A stretch of DNA of 62,815 nucleotides from Candidatus Woesearchaeota archaeon (GCA_043805595.1 JAZDHV010000027.1:1-62815), one strand, 5' to 3'; positions 48,324 through 58,400 are shown, counted from the first letter of the stretch. Made by a program: numbers and translations. Notes: generated by a model from the sequence alone, not told the origin.

Positions 48324-48580
48324 ATGATATCAGAAAAATATATCAATTTCTATTAAAAGAATATGGACATCAAGGTTGGTGGCCTTTGCTTGATGTAAAG
48401 GAAAATAATCCTACTAAAACTGGCAGTTTAAGGGGATATCATCTTGATGATTATTCTTATCCAAAAAATGAAAAGCAGAAGTTTGAGATATGTATCGGAG
48501 CGATTCTTACCCAAGTGTTGTTCCAGTTGTTATTAATTGGACTTCCAGGTATTCCTCAAAAAACCAAAAAGTTTAAATAG
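48320..48580 (+). pseudogene. displaced 5' fragment of an endonuclease-III-like (HhH-GPD) gene
   Basis: YGHQGWWP...KFEICIGAILTQ parallels the N-terminus of the gene at 51286. Similarity stops exactly after ILTQ, followed by 21 unrelated codons. Confidence 0.7.
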
Positions 48581-48609
48581 TATCTAAATAATACTAATTA
48601 GTATTAAAA

Positions 48610-49206
48610 ATGGACTATCATAATTTAATAAATAAGAATGTGATAAAAATCATTGAATCATTGAAAAAAGATAGGCTATACTTTAATCAAATCCATGAAG
48701 CAACTGGAATAAAGAGTAAGAACAGCCTTGTTAAGGAATTAAATAAGCTCACACAATCTAAGATACTTATTAGGGAAAAGAATAAAAGCAACACTTTTTA
48801 CAGTATAAACCTCAAGAACAGGTTTTCACTGGCACTCTTGGAAGTAATAAATTCTGGAAGATTTCAAACACTTCCTTTTGAAAGGAGAGAAGCAATAAAT
48901 GAGGTTATTGAGATTACAAAGCCTATGTTAGCAATCCTATTTGGTTCTACTGCAAAGGGCAGCTATGGCAAGGAAAGTGATATGGATCTCCTTTTAATTT
49001 ATAATGGAGATTATAAAAGAGTATATAATCCAGAGAGAGTAGATGAAATCAGTGCAAGATATGGGTTAAAAATAAAGCCAATAATCATGAGGGCATCTGA
49101 ATTAAAAATGCATGACAGTACAATAAAACATATATTTGAGACAGGATATCCTTTAACAGGGCATATATATTTTTATGGATTTATGGAGAGTTTTTACAAT
49201 GTTTAA
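48610..49206 (+). CDS. wHTH plus minimal nucleotidyltransferase (MNT) domain protein
   Basis: GSTAKGSYGKESDMDLLLIY is the NTase G[ST]-x-DxD motif. Confidence 0.8.
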   Translation: MDYHNLINKNVIKIIESLKKDRLYFNQIHEATGIKSKNSLVKELNKLTQSKILIREKNKSNTFYSINLKNRFSLALLEVINSGRFQTLPFERREAINEVIEITKPMLAILFGSTAKGSYGKESDMDLLLIYNGDYKRVYNPERVDEISARYGLKIKPIIMRASELKMHDSTIKHIFETGYPLTGHIYFYGFMESFYNV

Positions 49207-49750
49207 ATGGGAGAAGTGGATTAAGGATGAGGAATTTTGCAGCGCTTCATTTCAGGAATATCTAGATAAAGGGCTTATTAAAGAGGAAGAGGAAACCAAA
49301 AACCTGCCCGATTCCCATATAAAAAAGACAAATCATAATATTGATTTTGTCAATAATACAATGAACCAAAAAAAGTTCTATGATTGGGCTATTGTGGGAT
49401 GCTATTATGCAATATATCATGCTTCCCTTTCATTATTGACAGTTAAAGGATATTCATCAAAAAATCATCTTGCAACACTTTGTGCCTTGATACATCTTTA
49501 TTATGATGAACCTAAAGATGCTTCTGACAATGAAGAAGAAATTAAGCTGAACAGAGAAGACATCGAGCTGGTAGCAAAAAGCTCCATAGATAAAGAAGAA
49601 GTGGCTTATTTTGTAGAAGCAAAGAATAAGAGAGAAACAGCATCATACGGGGTTAGTGAAGAATTCAATAAGAATGAGGCTGAAAGCCTAAAAGTAAAGA
49701 CAATCTTGTTTGTTAATAAGGTTAAGGAGATTTTGGAAAATATTAGGTGA
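49199..49750 (+). CDS. HEPN-domain protein (partner of the MNT)
   Basis: ATGTTTAA start/stop overlap with the MNT gene. Helical AIVGCYYAIYHASLSLL...KNKRETASYG is HEPN-like. Confidence 0.65.
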   Translation: MFKWEKWIKDEEFCSASFQEYLDKGLIKEEEETKNLPDSHIKKTNHNIDFVNNTMNQKKFYDWAIVGCYYAIYHASLSLLTVKGYSSKNHLATLCALIHLYYDEPKDASDNEEEIKLNREDIELVAKSSIDKEEVAYFVEAKNKRETASYGVSEEFNKNEAESLKVKTILFVNKVKEILENIR

Positions 49751-49851
49751 AGATTGCAAATAGGAATTATAAGGGAAATTTAAGTCAAAATAGGGATTTT
49801 AATAGGTATTTAATGGTCATATCTTTCAGTAAAAGCTATAGGTGAGTAACA

Positions 49852-51279
49852 TTGAGTATATCTGATTTAAATGATGAAAATCTTGTCTATTTTGGAGAGA
49901 GGATTGAGCCATACTTTGCATCGTCAATCATAATTAGGGGTATGCTTGATTCTGATAATCTTAAAAAGGTGCTTGGGCTAAGTAGTGGAGTTAGGTGGTT
50001 GTACACAAATAACTATTTCTTCAATGTCAAGTCTGACCTAATTGAAGTTCAGAAACAGTTAAACAATCTATTTGCAAAGAAAGGAGAAAAATATGCTATT
50101 TCTCTTGTGAGAAAATGCTTAAAGAAAGGCAAGAATCTTATAGCTGTCTCAAAAAAGATTCTTCAGGATTCCAAAATAAATCTTGACAGGAATGCAATGT
50201 TTAGTCTATTGGACAGTTATATCTCTGTTGTTGGGGACTATATGATCTTTCAGAATATTGCATTATTTGAAGAATCTATTGCGAAACTGACCAATGATTT
50301 AGTGGAAAAGTATTCAAGCAATACTAAAGAGGTAGAAGTCTTGCTTGATTTAATCACAACACCAAGCAACTTGACTTCTGCAGAAGAAGAAGTTGATGAT
50401 TTTCTAAAGGTTTGCATGAATTATAGTCAATCAGCTCTTAATAAACATGCTAAAAAATATGGATGGTTGTCAATTCGCTTCTTTGTTGGAGATCCAAGAA
50501 AAAAAGAGGAATTTGTTTCAAAGGTTAAAGACAGTAAAACTGCAAAAACAGAGCTGGAAAAAAGAGTAAAGATTAGAAAAGAAACAGAACACAAAATATA
50601 TCTTGCAACAAAAGGATTTAGCAAGAAAGACAAGGGGAAAGTCAATCTCATAAGGGATATAGTTTATTTGCGGACTCAAAGAACTGATTTCTTTCAAGAG
50701 TCATCTTATTATGTTCAGCCTCTTGTTAAAAAGATTGCAATTGAGCTAGGCATTAGTTACTCAGATCTTTTATATCTCAGTGGGAATGAGGTACTGCTAT
50801 CTCTGCAAAATAAAATCAATTATAAAGAGGTTATAGACAAGCGCAAGATTGGATTTGTTGTATTGTTTGACTTTGATAAAGATAGTGTATTGGAAGGGCA
50901 TTCAGCTTTAAGTTATGTTAAGGATAGACCTGTTTTAAAGCAGGAAAACAAAGCTATCAAAGAGTTTTCAGGAAAAGTGGCTTATCCAGGTTTTGCTAAA
51001 GGAAAAGTCAGGATTGTCAAGACAGACAAGGATAATTCTAAATTTATCAAAGGTGATATTATGGTTTCTATCATTACTACACCAAACTTAACACCTTCTA
51101 TGGAAAAAGCAGCTGCAATCATAACTGATGAGGGGGGAATAACATCCCATGCAGCCATATTTGCTAGAGAAATGAAAATACCTTGCGTAATAGGCACTAG
51201 GTTAGCAACAAAGGTTCTTCATGATGGTGAATTAATTGAAGTAGATGCCAATAAAGGAATTATTCGTAAGAGAAAGTGA
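49852..51279 (+). CDS. protein with a C-terminal PEP-utilizing-enzyme mobile (phosphohistidine swivel) domain
   Basis: ITDEGGITSHAAIFAREMKIPCVIGT. The N-terminal 350 aa are unassigned. TTG start preceded by AGGTGAG. Confidence 0.75.
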   Translation: MSISDLNDENLVYFGERIEPYFASSIIIRGMLDSDNLKKVLGLSSGVRWLYTNNYFFNVKSDLIEVQKQLNNLFAKKGEKYAISLVRKCLKKGKNLIAVSKKILQDSKINLDRNAMFSLLDSYISVVGDYMIFQNIALFEESIAKLTNDLVEKYSSNTKEVEVLLDLITTPSNLTSAEEEVDDFLKVCMNYSQSALNKHAKKYGWLSIRFFVGDPRKKEEFVSKVKDSKTAKTELEKRVKIRKETEHKIYLATKGFSKKDKGKVNLIRDIVYLRTQRTDFFQESSYYVQPLVKKIAIELGISYSDLLYLSGNEVLLSLQNKINYKEVIDKRKIGFVVLFDFDKDSVLEGHSALSYVKDRPVLKQENKAIKEFSGKVAYPGFAKGKVRIVKTDKDNSKFIKGDIMVSIITTPNLTPSMEKAAAIITDEGGITSHAAIFAREMKIPCVIGTRLATKVLHDGELIEVDANKGIIRKRK

Positions 51280-51285
51280 TGTTCT

Positions 51286-52095
51286 ATGCGTAAAATAATG
51301 AGTATTCATAATTCATTGTTAAAAAAATATGGAAAGCAAGGCTGGTGGCCGATAATAAACAACAAGACACTGCTCTGCGAATATCACACAGGAGCTCCAA
51401 AGAACGATTCTGAGCGATTTGAGATATGTATCGGTGCTATCCTCACTCAAGGGACAGCATGGTATCCAGGAGTGGTTAGAGCTTTACAACAACTTAAATT
51501 AGGCAGGCAATTTACAAAAAACGAACTGGAGGTAATTAAGAAGGCTGAAATCCGTGCAGGTAAAATCTCAGAAATGCCTAAAATAGAAACCAAAACAACT
51601 ATCCTGACCCAGAACACAGCCTGGCCCAATGTCGAGAAAGCCTTGATCAATCTGAAAAAAATAAATTCTATCAGTGCCAGAAAGATCATTGAATTAAGTG
51701 AGTCCAAACTAAAGAAAGCGATAATACCAGCAGGTTATTTCAATCAAAAGTCAAAAAAACTAAGGATATTTTCAATATTTTATATTTCCTTGAATGGAAG
51801 AAAACCTACAAGAGATGAATTGCTTTCTGTCTGGGGGATTGGGAAAGAGACTGCTGACTCTATCCTGCTCTATGCTTACAAAAAACCAGTATTTGTAGTT
51901 GATACTTATACAAAAAGAGTTTTTTCACATCTAAAACTGATTAGGGCATATGATGATTATGATGAAATCAGGAAGATGTTTGAGAAGAATCTTCCTAAAA
52001 ATTTCAGAGTTTATCAAGAATTCCATGCACTGATTGTTGAGCATGCAAAAAGATGCTATGGAAAGAAAAAAGAAAAAAATTGTTGGAAAAACTAA
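51286..52095 (+). CDS. endonuclease-III-like HhH-GPD DNA glycosylase with a roughly 55-aa internal insertion
   Basis: WGIGKETADSILLY...VVDTYTKRV is the HhH-GPD signature. ILTQGTAW ... ILTQNTAWPNVEKAL is an internal duplication. Confidence 0.8.
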   Translation: MRKIMSIHNSLLKKYGKQGWWPIINNKTLLCEYHTGAPKNDSERFEICIGAILTQGTAWYPGVVRALQQLKLGRQFTKNELEVIKKAEIRAGKISEMPKIETKTTILTQNTAWPNVEKALINLKKINSISARKIIELSESKLKKAIIPAGYFNQKSKKLRIFSIFYISLNGRKPTRDELLSVWGIGKETADSILLYAYKKPVFVVDTYTKRVFSHLKLIRAYDDYDEIRKMFEKNLPKNFRVYQEFHALIVEHAKRCYGKKKEKNCWKN

Positions 52096-53120
52096 TTTCT
52101 TAGCCTGTTCCAGTTGTACCTGGCATAATTGTCCTGCCTTGTGGCGGAAAAAGGCTTTTTATCTGCATACTGCTTCTGCAAGTCAAACAATATAATCTCT
52201 AACTCTGCTTCTCTCAAAGGCCTGTGTTGATGGCGAACAGCTCCTTCAGTATCCAGGTAAGTATCCCATACCATTGCCTGAAATCTAGCAGCACTATAAG
52301 TATCCAAAGCCAATGTTGAAGGGAGTGCAAATGGATTCATTGCCATTGGTGTGACATTTCTTGGAACAGACCTAATAGACTGCCTCATCAATTCCCAATA
52401 CCCTGCAATCACATGAGGACAGAACACAATAGGATACATCCTATGATTGCTACCAGTCTGGAAATGAGTTTCAAGATTTGTTGTCTGGCCGCAATTATGG
52501 TTATGGTCAATGTCAAGGATTAAAGCATATTCTGAACCATTTATTTCAACAGGAACATTTACCAACCTGAATGGAGGATATTGAAATCCATCACTTCTGG
52601 AATGCATGCTAACAATATGCTTGCTTCCTTCATAATCCCTCATCCCTAAAGGACCATAAGAGTTTATGCGGATCTGATCAATTCTTGCAGAAGATTGTAT
52701 TGACCTTCCCAATATCTTTGCTGCCTCAACACAATGGACAAGATTATATTTTCTTGGAACCTTTTTTCTACCAAGGCCCATCCACAATATTCCTGATGGA
52801 TTCTGGTCAGGCTCTAACAATTCAAACTTTTCCTGCCTCTGCCTCCATAAAGGAGTCTGGTCAGCATTTGCATGTGCCATTGACTGATACACCCTCATCC
52901 TGACTGGAGGAGAATGCTTCAGGAAATCATTCCAATCATTGAATCTTTCTGGAACCAATGTCGGCTCCTGGTCATAATCAAGCACTCCTGCCTTGTCTGG
53001 ATGCCTGCTAAGGTACTGCAATTGGTCAACCAAGTCATCTGTCCTCAATGGAATCATTGTCCTTCCTCCAAGGATCTGATATTTCCTTTCCGGATATCTA
53101 AAAAATTCTTTTCGTTTCAT
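52092..53120 (-). CDS. hypothetical protein (orphan)
   Basis: 342-codon ORF, His/Arg/Pro-rich, no motif recognised. Confidence 0.55.
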   Translation of the reverse strand: MKRKEFFRYPERKYQILGGRTMIPLRTDDLVDQLQYLSRHPDKAGVLDYDQEPTLVPERFNDWNDFLKHSPPVRMRVYQSMAHANADQTPLWRQRQEKFELLEPDQNPSGILWMGLGRKKVPRKYNLVHCVEAAKILGRSIQSSARIDQIRINSYGPLGMRDYEGSKHIVSMHSRSDGFQYPPFRLVNVPVEINGSEYALILDIDHNHNCGQTTNLETHFQTGSNHRMYPIVFCPHVIAGYWELMRQSIRSVPRNVTPMAMNPFALPSTLALDTYSAARFQAMVWDTYLDTEGAVRHQHRPLREAELEIILFDLQKQYADKKPFSATRQDNYARYNWNRLRN

Positions 53121-53200
53121 AGAGAAAAAGAAGGAGAATAAAGTATAAGAACTATTGTGGTGATGTTGTTTACCACATTAGTGGAGTCATTAATAAAAAA

Positions 53201-54235
53201 TTAAAAAAGAAATTCAATTTGACCAGATAGCCTTGTTACAGAAACAGGATTACCTTTATCATCTACATCAATTTCAATCGGCTGCGCCAATTTCCAATTT
53301 TTTAGACTAACACTTTTTTTCCCAGGCCAGTTAACAAGGTCTTTTTCTTTTACAACAGCATCTAAACCAGCAAAACTAAAATATGGAAGTTCAGCGACAT
53401 GAACATTAAAGGATTTTCTTTGTCCATGCCTTAATCCACTAATTGATTTTGGACATGAAATATCAACAATTTCAAGATTTAATGATGTTGGATCACAATA
53501 ACAAATACTATTATCTGTTAAAAATCCAAGGAAATTATAAACACTTGGAACTAATTCAACTCTTGATGCTCCTGATTTTCTCTGCCATGAATGATCATTT
53601 TTTATCACAACAAAATTCTGATGGATTCTTTTACCTAAAGGCAACCATTCACCATCTGAATCTTTAATATACCTTAATTTTTCTGAAGGTATTGGTTCAC
53701 TCTGCAACTCTCTAATCCTGCTATAAACATCATTAAGCGATCCTTCTTCTAATGGCAATTCTAATATATGCAGAACCATGTCTAAACTATCTTCTCCTCC
53801 ACGCCTTGCAAAAATATCAAGATCATATTGTCTTGGAAACGACTCTGTTTTTACAAATTCCCCTTTATAATCAGCTCCAACAAGAACTTTTTGGAAATCT
53901 CCAGAATACCTTAATCCTTCAGCAATAGAGTCTCTTACTAAATGTGCGATTGATTCTCTTTTAGGGCCTTGATATCTTTGTATTGATTCAGGGCTTTTTT
54001 CAGGATAAGCATTAAAATGGCCTCTTCTCCAGTAATCCCTTGAGATTACTTTTGTGCCTCCTTCAGGAGATAATCTGACTCCGCAATCAGGATTTGGACA
54101 GAAATATTCAGCTGATTTATCTTTTAATGCATCAGGTAATTTTATTAATTCGCCATCTTTGTCTAATGCAATTGTAAGACAATTTCTTCCATGAGTCTGA
54201 CACTCATAAGTTCCGCCTAACATATCCATTGGCAT
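53201..54235 (-). CDS. CoiA-like / PD-(D/E)xK-type nuclease candidate with an N-terminal zinc ribbon
   Basis: CPNPDCGVRLSPEGG...RRGHFNAY, then ESIAHLVRDSIAEGL and YDLDIFAR...MVLHILE, which resembles the CoiA block order. Weak call. Confidence 0.5.
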   Translation of the reverse strand: MPMDMLGGTYECQTHGRNCLTIALDKDGELIKLPDALKDKSAEYFCPNPDCGVRLSPEGGTKVISRDYWRRGHFNAYPEKSPESIQRYQGPKRESIAHLVRDSIAEGLRYSGDFQKVLVGADYKGEFVKTESFPRQYDLDIFARRGGEDSLDMVLHILELPLEEGSLNDVYSRIRELQSEPIPSEKLRYIKDSDGEWLPLGKRIHQNFVVIKNDHSWQRKSGASRVELVPSVYNFLGFLTDNSICYCDPTSLNLEIVDISCPKSISGLRHGQRKSFNVHVAELPYFSFAGLDAVVKEKDLVNWPGKKSVSLKNWKLAQPIEIDVDDKGNPVSVTRLSGQIEFLF

Positions 54236-54340
54236 ATAAAAATGAAAAAATTAATAATATATAAATCTTTCTATTATTTACTACTAATTAGTGAATATAA
54301 TAGAAATATTTATAAACATTCAGAAAATACTATTTCACTC

Positions 54341-55363
54341 ATGGGATTAGGATCAATTGTTAAAGAAATCTTGGCAAGAAGATCATTAACTTTAGCAGAA
54401 CCTATTAATTTAGAGGATGGATTAGCAGATAGTTGTCCTGAAATTCCAGAACAACCATCAGAACATGATCCAGGAATAAATCCCGATGATTTTCTTAAAA
54501 GTATACAAAGAGCTGTGGATGCTGTTGTTAAACATGATATTCATATATTAGAAACGTATCCAGGCAGATTTCATGTCGACTATTATGAAAAAGCATGGAG
54601 AGAAGCGCTTAAGGGCAGGGATCCTTCAAATGCACTTAAAAAATTGCATAATCCAAACAGAGATGTTGAACCATATCTTGCAGAAAGAGTATCTTATCAA
54701 GATATGATGAATAATCCATTGATGGCTGAATTTGTCAATGGAGTTTTTTCCTATATTTTAAGCATAGTTGGAGACAGATATGGCAAGGATTTTTCAGAGC
54801 TTAGGGCATTTGCACAAGGGCTTCCACAACAATACAAGACAGAATTATCTGAAATAGTAGGAAATGCTTTTGGAGAATTTGCTCTTAAAAGATCATGGGA
54901 AGACTCCCAAACTGAAGAAAGAATCAAGAGAACATATGACTGCAGGAGAACTGAACATAATATTTTAGTTTTGATTAAAAAAGCCAGAATCAGTGCAAGA
55001 GCTGGAAATGTAAAAAAGACAGAAGCAAGACTTGAGCAGATTGATTATAATAGCCTTGGAAATTGGACAAGAAATATAGATGAAATTAGAAAACAGGCAA
55101 ATAGAACTGTGTTTAGACATGAAATGGCTAAAGCAGACAGGGCTCTTACACTAAAAAGGGTTAATTCAGCTATTGGCTATCTTTCTAAGGCAGAAGAATA
55201 TGCTGCAAATGCTGGGATACAATTCAAGTTGTCTGATCCAGCTACTATAAAGGATTATGTTACACAAAAGAATTATGACTTTTATTTAGACCAGTTTAAC
55301 CGAACATATCAAGGAATTAGGTTAATATCTGTTCTTGAACAAATTCATGCGAATAAGTCTTAG
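54341..55363 (+). CDS. hypothetical protein (orphan)
   Basis: ATG 54341 lies about 25 nt downstream of ATTTATAAA. The longest ORF starts at 54242 in promoter-like AT-rich sequence. Confidence 0.55.
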   Translation: MGLGSIVKEILARRSLTLAEPINLEDGLADSCPEIPEQPSEHDPGINPDDFLKSIQRAVDAVVKHDIHILETYPGRFHVDYYEKAWREALKGRDPSNALKKLHNPNRDVEPYLAERVSYQDMMNNPLMAEFVNGVFSYILSIVGDRYGKDFSELRAFAQGLPQQYKTELSEIVGNAFGEFALKRSWEDSQTEERIKRTYDCRRTEHNILVLIKKARISARAGNVKKTEARLEQIDYNSLGNWTRNIDEIRKQANRTVFRHEMAKADRALTLKRVNSAIGYLSKAEEYAANAGIQFKLSDPATIKDYVTQKNYDFYLDQFNRTYQGIRLISVLEQIHANKS

Positions 55364-55386
55364 ATACGGAAAAAATTCTTAGAACC

Positions 55387-55770
55387 TTACTCAGAAACCA
55401 AAACAGCATTCACAACACCGTCCTGACCAGGCCTTGAAGTAACTTTCGCCTTGCCAGCCTCTGTCCCAATGACAGATCCTTTTACAATAATATTTCTCCT
55501 TACATAATGCTTACTAGCTTGGGACTCAATAACAGTCTTGATCTTTGATTTAGAGTATTTATTGGTATTAGGATCAAGAACATTAGCAAATTCTGCAGAG
55601 ATCAGTTTCTGCTTTCTCTTAGCGCCTACAACCCTTTTAGTCCTTTTTTTATGAGCACCGATTCTGGTCAGAGTAGGCAGCCTGCCCATCTCATACTTCT
55701 TCTTCTTCCTGTATGAGATATATCTAGCTCCTGTAGGCTTTAATTTTGCTCTTGTTTGTGTAATTGCCAT
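55387..55770 (-). CDS. rps8e: ribosomal protein S8e
   Basis: KPTGARYISYRKKKKYEMGRLP...TSRPGQDGVVNAVL is typical S8e. Confidence 0.9.
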   Translation of the reverse strand: MAITQTRAKLKPTGARYISYRKKKKYEMGRLPTLTRIGAHKKRTKRVVGAKRKQKLISAEFANVLDPNTNKYSKSKIKTVIESQASKHYVRRNIIVKGSVIGTEAGKAKVTSRPGQDGVVNAVLVSE

Positions 55771-55834
55771 CCTATATAGAGTTTAATATTTGTTTATAAA
55801 TCTTTTGTATTTTTAAAAGAAGTTAAGAAAAATA

Positions 55835-56014
55835 TAAAATGTCAGAATTATATAAAATGTCAGGAATTTTCCACCAATCTCTGACTGGTGACAATCTTTG
55901 ATTGATTTAGCTTTCAGGAGTGAAAAATTCCTGAGCACTAAGAACCACCAGTCCTATCATAATGTAATTGCGGATTTAATGAATCCCACCAGTCCATGAC
56001 TGGTGGTTCTTTAG
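55835..56014 (+). repeat. Hairpin-rich repeat element, family 2, copy E
   Basis: Reverse complement is collinear with copy D, minus one internal module. Confidence 0.8.
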
Positions 56015-56040
56015 AAAGAAATCTAAAAAATTAATATCAA

Positions 56041-57249
56041 TTAATTATATCTCCGCCCAAAATTATGCTGAGGTCTCCTTCCTCTTTGTCCTCTTTGAAA
56101 TGGTTTCCTAAAAGTTTCATTTCGTATAATCATAACTTTTTTCAAGACAGGGTTTTGACCTCTCTCAATATTGAATTCCCTATATTCGCTCTGGAGCCGG
56201 GAAAAATTGTCATAATCAAAGTCACATAATATGTTTATGACTTTCCCTTCTTCGCCTGCTCTTGCTGTCCTTCCTATCCTGTGGACATAGTCTTTAGGGT
56301 CTTTTGGGATCTCATAATTATAGACATGTGAGACATTTTCAATATGCAGTCCTCTGGCAGCTACATCTGTGCATACCAGAACATTTGTTCTTGCATCATT
56401 GAATGATTGGATTGTTTTTGATCTTTTATTCTGTGACAATCCTCCATGAATTGCAGTGGTATTTATGCTGTTTGCCCTAAGGTTCTTGACGACAAAATCA
56501 GTTGTTTTCCTTGTATTGCAGAAGACCATTACCAATCTTGATTTCTCATTTTGCAGGAGATGGATAAGTAATGAAAGTTTTCCATTCCTAGGGATGTCAT
56601 AATAAACTTGCTTCAGTTTTGACGGGTCAACCTGTTTTACAGCATTGACTCTTATCGGATTGTTCATGTATCTATTGGATAAATCCTGTATCCTTGTTGA
56701 GATTGTTGCAGAGAAAAATAAGGTCTGCCTTTGTCTTGGGCAGGATCTGATGATCTTCTCGACATCATCAATAAATCCCATGTCAAGCATGCGGTCTGCT
56801 TCATCCAAGACTAGCACTTTTATTCTGGAAGTGTTTATTGTCCTTCTCTCCAGATGGTCAAGAAACCTGCCTGGTGTTGCCACTACAACATCTGCACTTC
56901 TTAAATCATGGATCTGCGGATTGATTGAAACTCCTCCATATACAGCAATGACATTCAGATGTTTGTGATACGAAAGATTTTTGAGTGAGCTCTTAACTTG
57001 TTCTGCAAGTTCCCTAGTCGGTGTCAAGACCAATGCTTGTATGCCTTCTCCATGCTTTACATTATCATTTATGCTGCAGCCAAATGCTAGTGTTTTTCCA
57101 GAACCAGTTGCTGATTCTCCTATCACATCTTTTCCTTCCATAATATAAGGAATAGATTTTGCCTGAATTTCAGTTGGTGTTTCAATTCCTTGATTTTTAA
57201 TTGAAATTTGTAACTGATTACTTAGTTTTAAATCTTTAAATAAGTTCAT
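56041..57249 (-). CDS. DEAD-box ATP-dependent RNA helicase
   Basis: Motifs ATGSGKTLAF, VLDEADRMLD, FSATIS and HRIGRTARAG. Confidence 0.95.
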   Translation of the reverse strand: MNLFKDLKLSNQLQISIKNQGIETPTEIQAKSIPYIMEGKDVIGESATGSGKTLAFGCSINDNVKHGEGIQALVLTPTRELAEQVKSSLKNLSYHKHLNVIAVYGGVSINPQIHDLRSADVVVATPGRFLDHLERRTINTSRIKVLVLDEADRMLDMGFIDDVEKIIRSCPRQRQTLFFSATISTRIQDLSNRYMNNPIRVNAVKQVDPSKLKQVYYDIPRNGKLSLLIHLLQNEKSRLVMVFCNTRKTTDFVVKNLRANSINTTAIHGGLSQNKRSKTIQSFNDARTNVLVCTDVAARGLHIENVSHVYNYEIPKDPKDYVHRIGRTARAGEEGKVINILCDFDYDNFSRLQSEYREFNIERGQNPVLKKVMIIRNETFRKPFQRGQRGRRPQHNFGRRYN

Positions 57250-57500
57250 TTTATATACCTCGTTGTTTATTTAGCACTTCTCTAGAAAAAGCGAAATGTC
57301 AGATAACTGAGCAAGTGCTGTTTCTCTATATCAATGCTTACTAGACTTAGGTATTTCTTATTAATATTTAAATGTTTGTTTTTTACTACTTTTTGATGAC
57401 TATCTATTTAATTTTCAATTAATAAAATCTCCTCTATAAATATAATAATTAATTAGATTTTTACTCTGTTCATTGTTTTTAAATTACGAATAACGTAATG

Positions 57501-57519
57501 ACCGTAAGCTTTATAAATA
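57501..57519 (+). promoter_or_regulatory. BRE/TATA-like promoter of the rRNA operon
   Basis: ACCGTAAGCTTTATAAATA, about 125 nt upstream of the 16S processing stem. Near-identical to 29337-29354. Confidence 0.5.
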
Positions 57520-57641
57520 ACCCCTAGTTTCCTATATACTCTCTGGTATAATATCCAGACACTCTAAACCTTCTTACATAGCAAAAAAGATAGTGCTATG
57601 TACTGACAAAAAATGTATACTCAAAAATCTAGTTTGAGTAT

Positions 57642-57658
57642 GAATTAAGAGTAGAAAT
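57642..57658 (+). other. 5' strand of the 16S processing stem
   Basis: GAATTAAGAGTAGAAAT is perfectly complementary to 59429-59445 (ATTTCTACTCTTAATTC). Confidence 0.7.
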
Positions 57659-58041
57659 AGCTAACCAAACAATTCCTATAGGATCTGCGATCAAGAATAC
57701 CCGTTGATCCTGCGGGAGATTGCTGCTATTTGAGTTCGACTAAGCCATGCAAGTCAGAGCGAAAGCTCGGCGAAATGCTCAGTAACACGTCGATAATCTG
57801 CCCTTAGGTCAGGGATAACCTCGGGAAACTGTGATTAAAACCTGATTGGGTAACATATCTGGAATGATTGTTACTTTAAAAGTAATGCCTAAGGATGAGT
57901 CGGCGGCGGATTAGGTCGTTGGTGAGGTAAAGTATACCAAACATTAGTTTGGTTTTTACATGCTCACCAAGCCAAAGATCCGTAGGGGCCTTGAGAGAGG
58001 GAGCCTCGAGAAGGGCACTGAGACACTGGCCCTAGCCCTAA

Positions 58042-58072
<31 letters not shown>

Positions 58073-58353
58073 CAGGAAACTGTGATAAGGGAACTCTAAG
58101 TGCTTGTACATTGTACAGGCTTTTGCCAAATGTAAATAATTTGGCGAATAAGTGGTGGGTAAGACGGGTGCCAGCCGCCGCGGTAACACCTGCGCCACAA
58201 GTGGCAATCACAATTATTGGGCCTAAAGCGTCCGTAGCTGGTTTAGTAAATTTCTTGTGAAAATGTTAAGCTTAACTTAACAAGTTGCAGGAAACACTGC
58301 TAAACTCGGAACCGGTAGGGGTCAGAAGTATGTGAGGGGTAACGGTAAAATAT

Positions 58354-58400
58354 TCTCACTACGTTCGAAAATGTTAAGAACGGAGTGGTCTTTACATTGT
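58354..58400 (+). other. putative insertion or intron of about 47 nt in 16S
   Basis: Interrupts the conserved GGTAAAAT...ATAATCC..GAC.ACC.GTGGCGAAGGCG region. Boundaries are ambiguous by a few nt. Confidence 0.45.
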
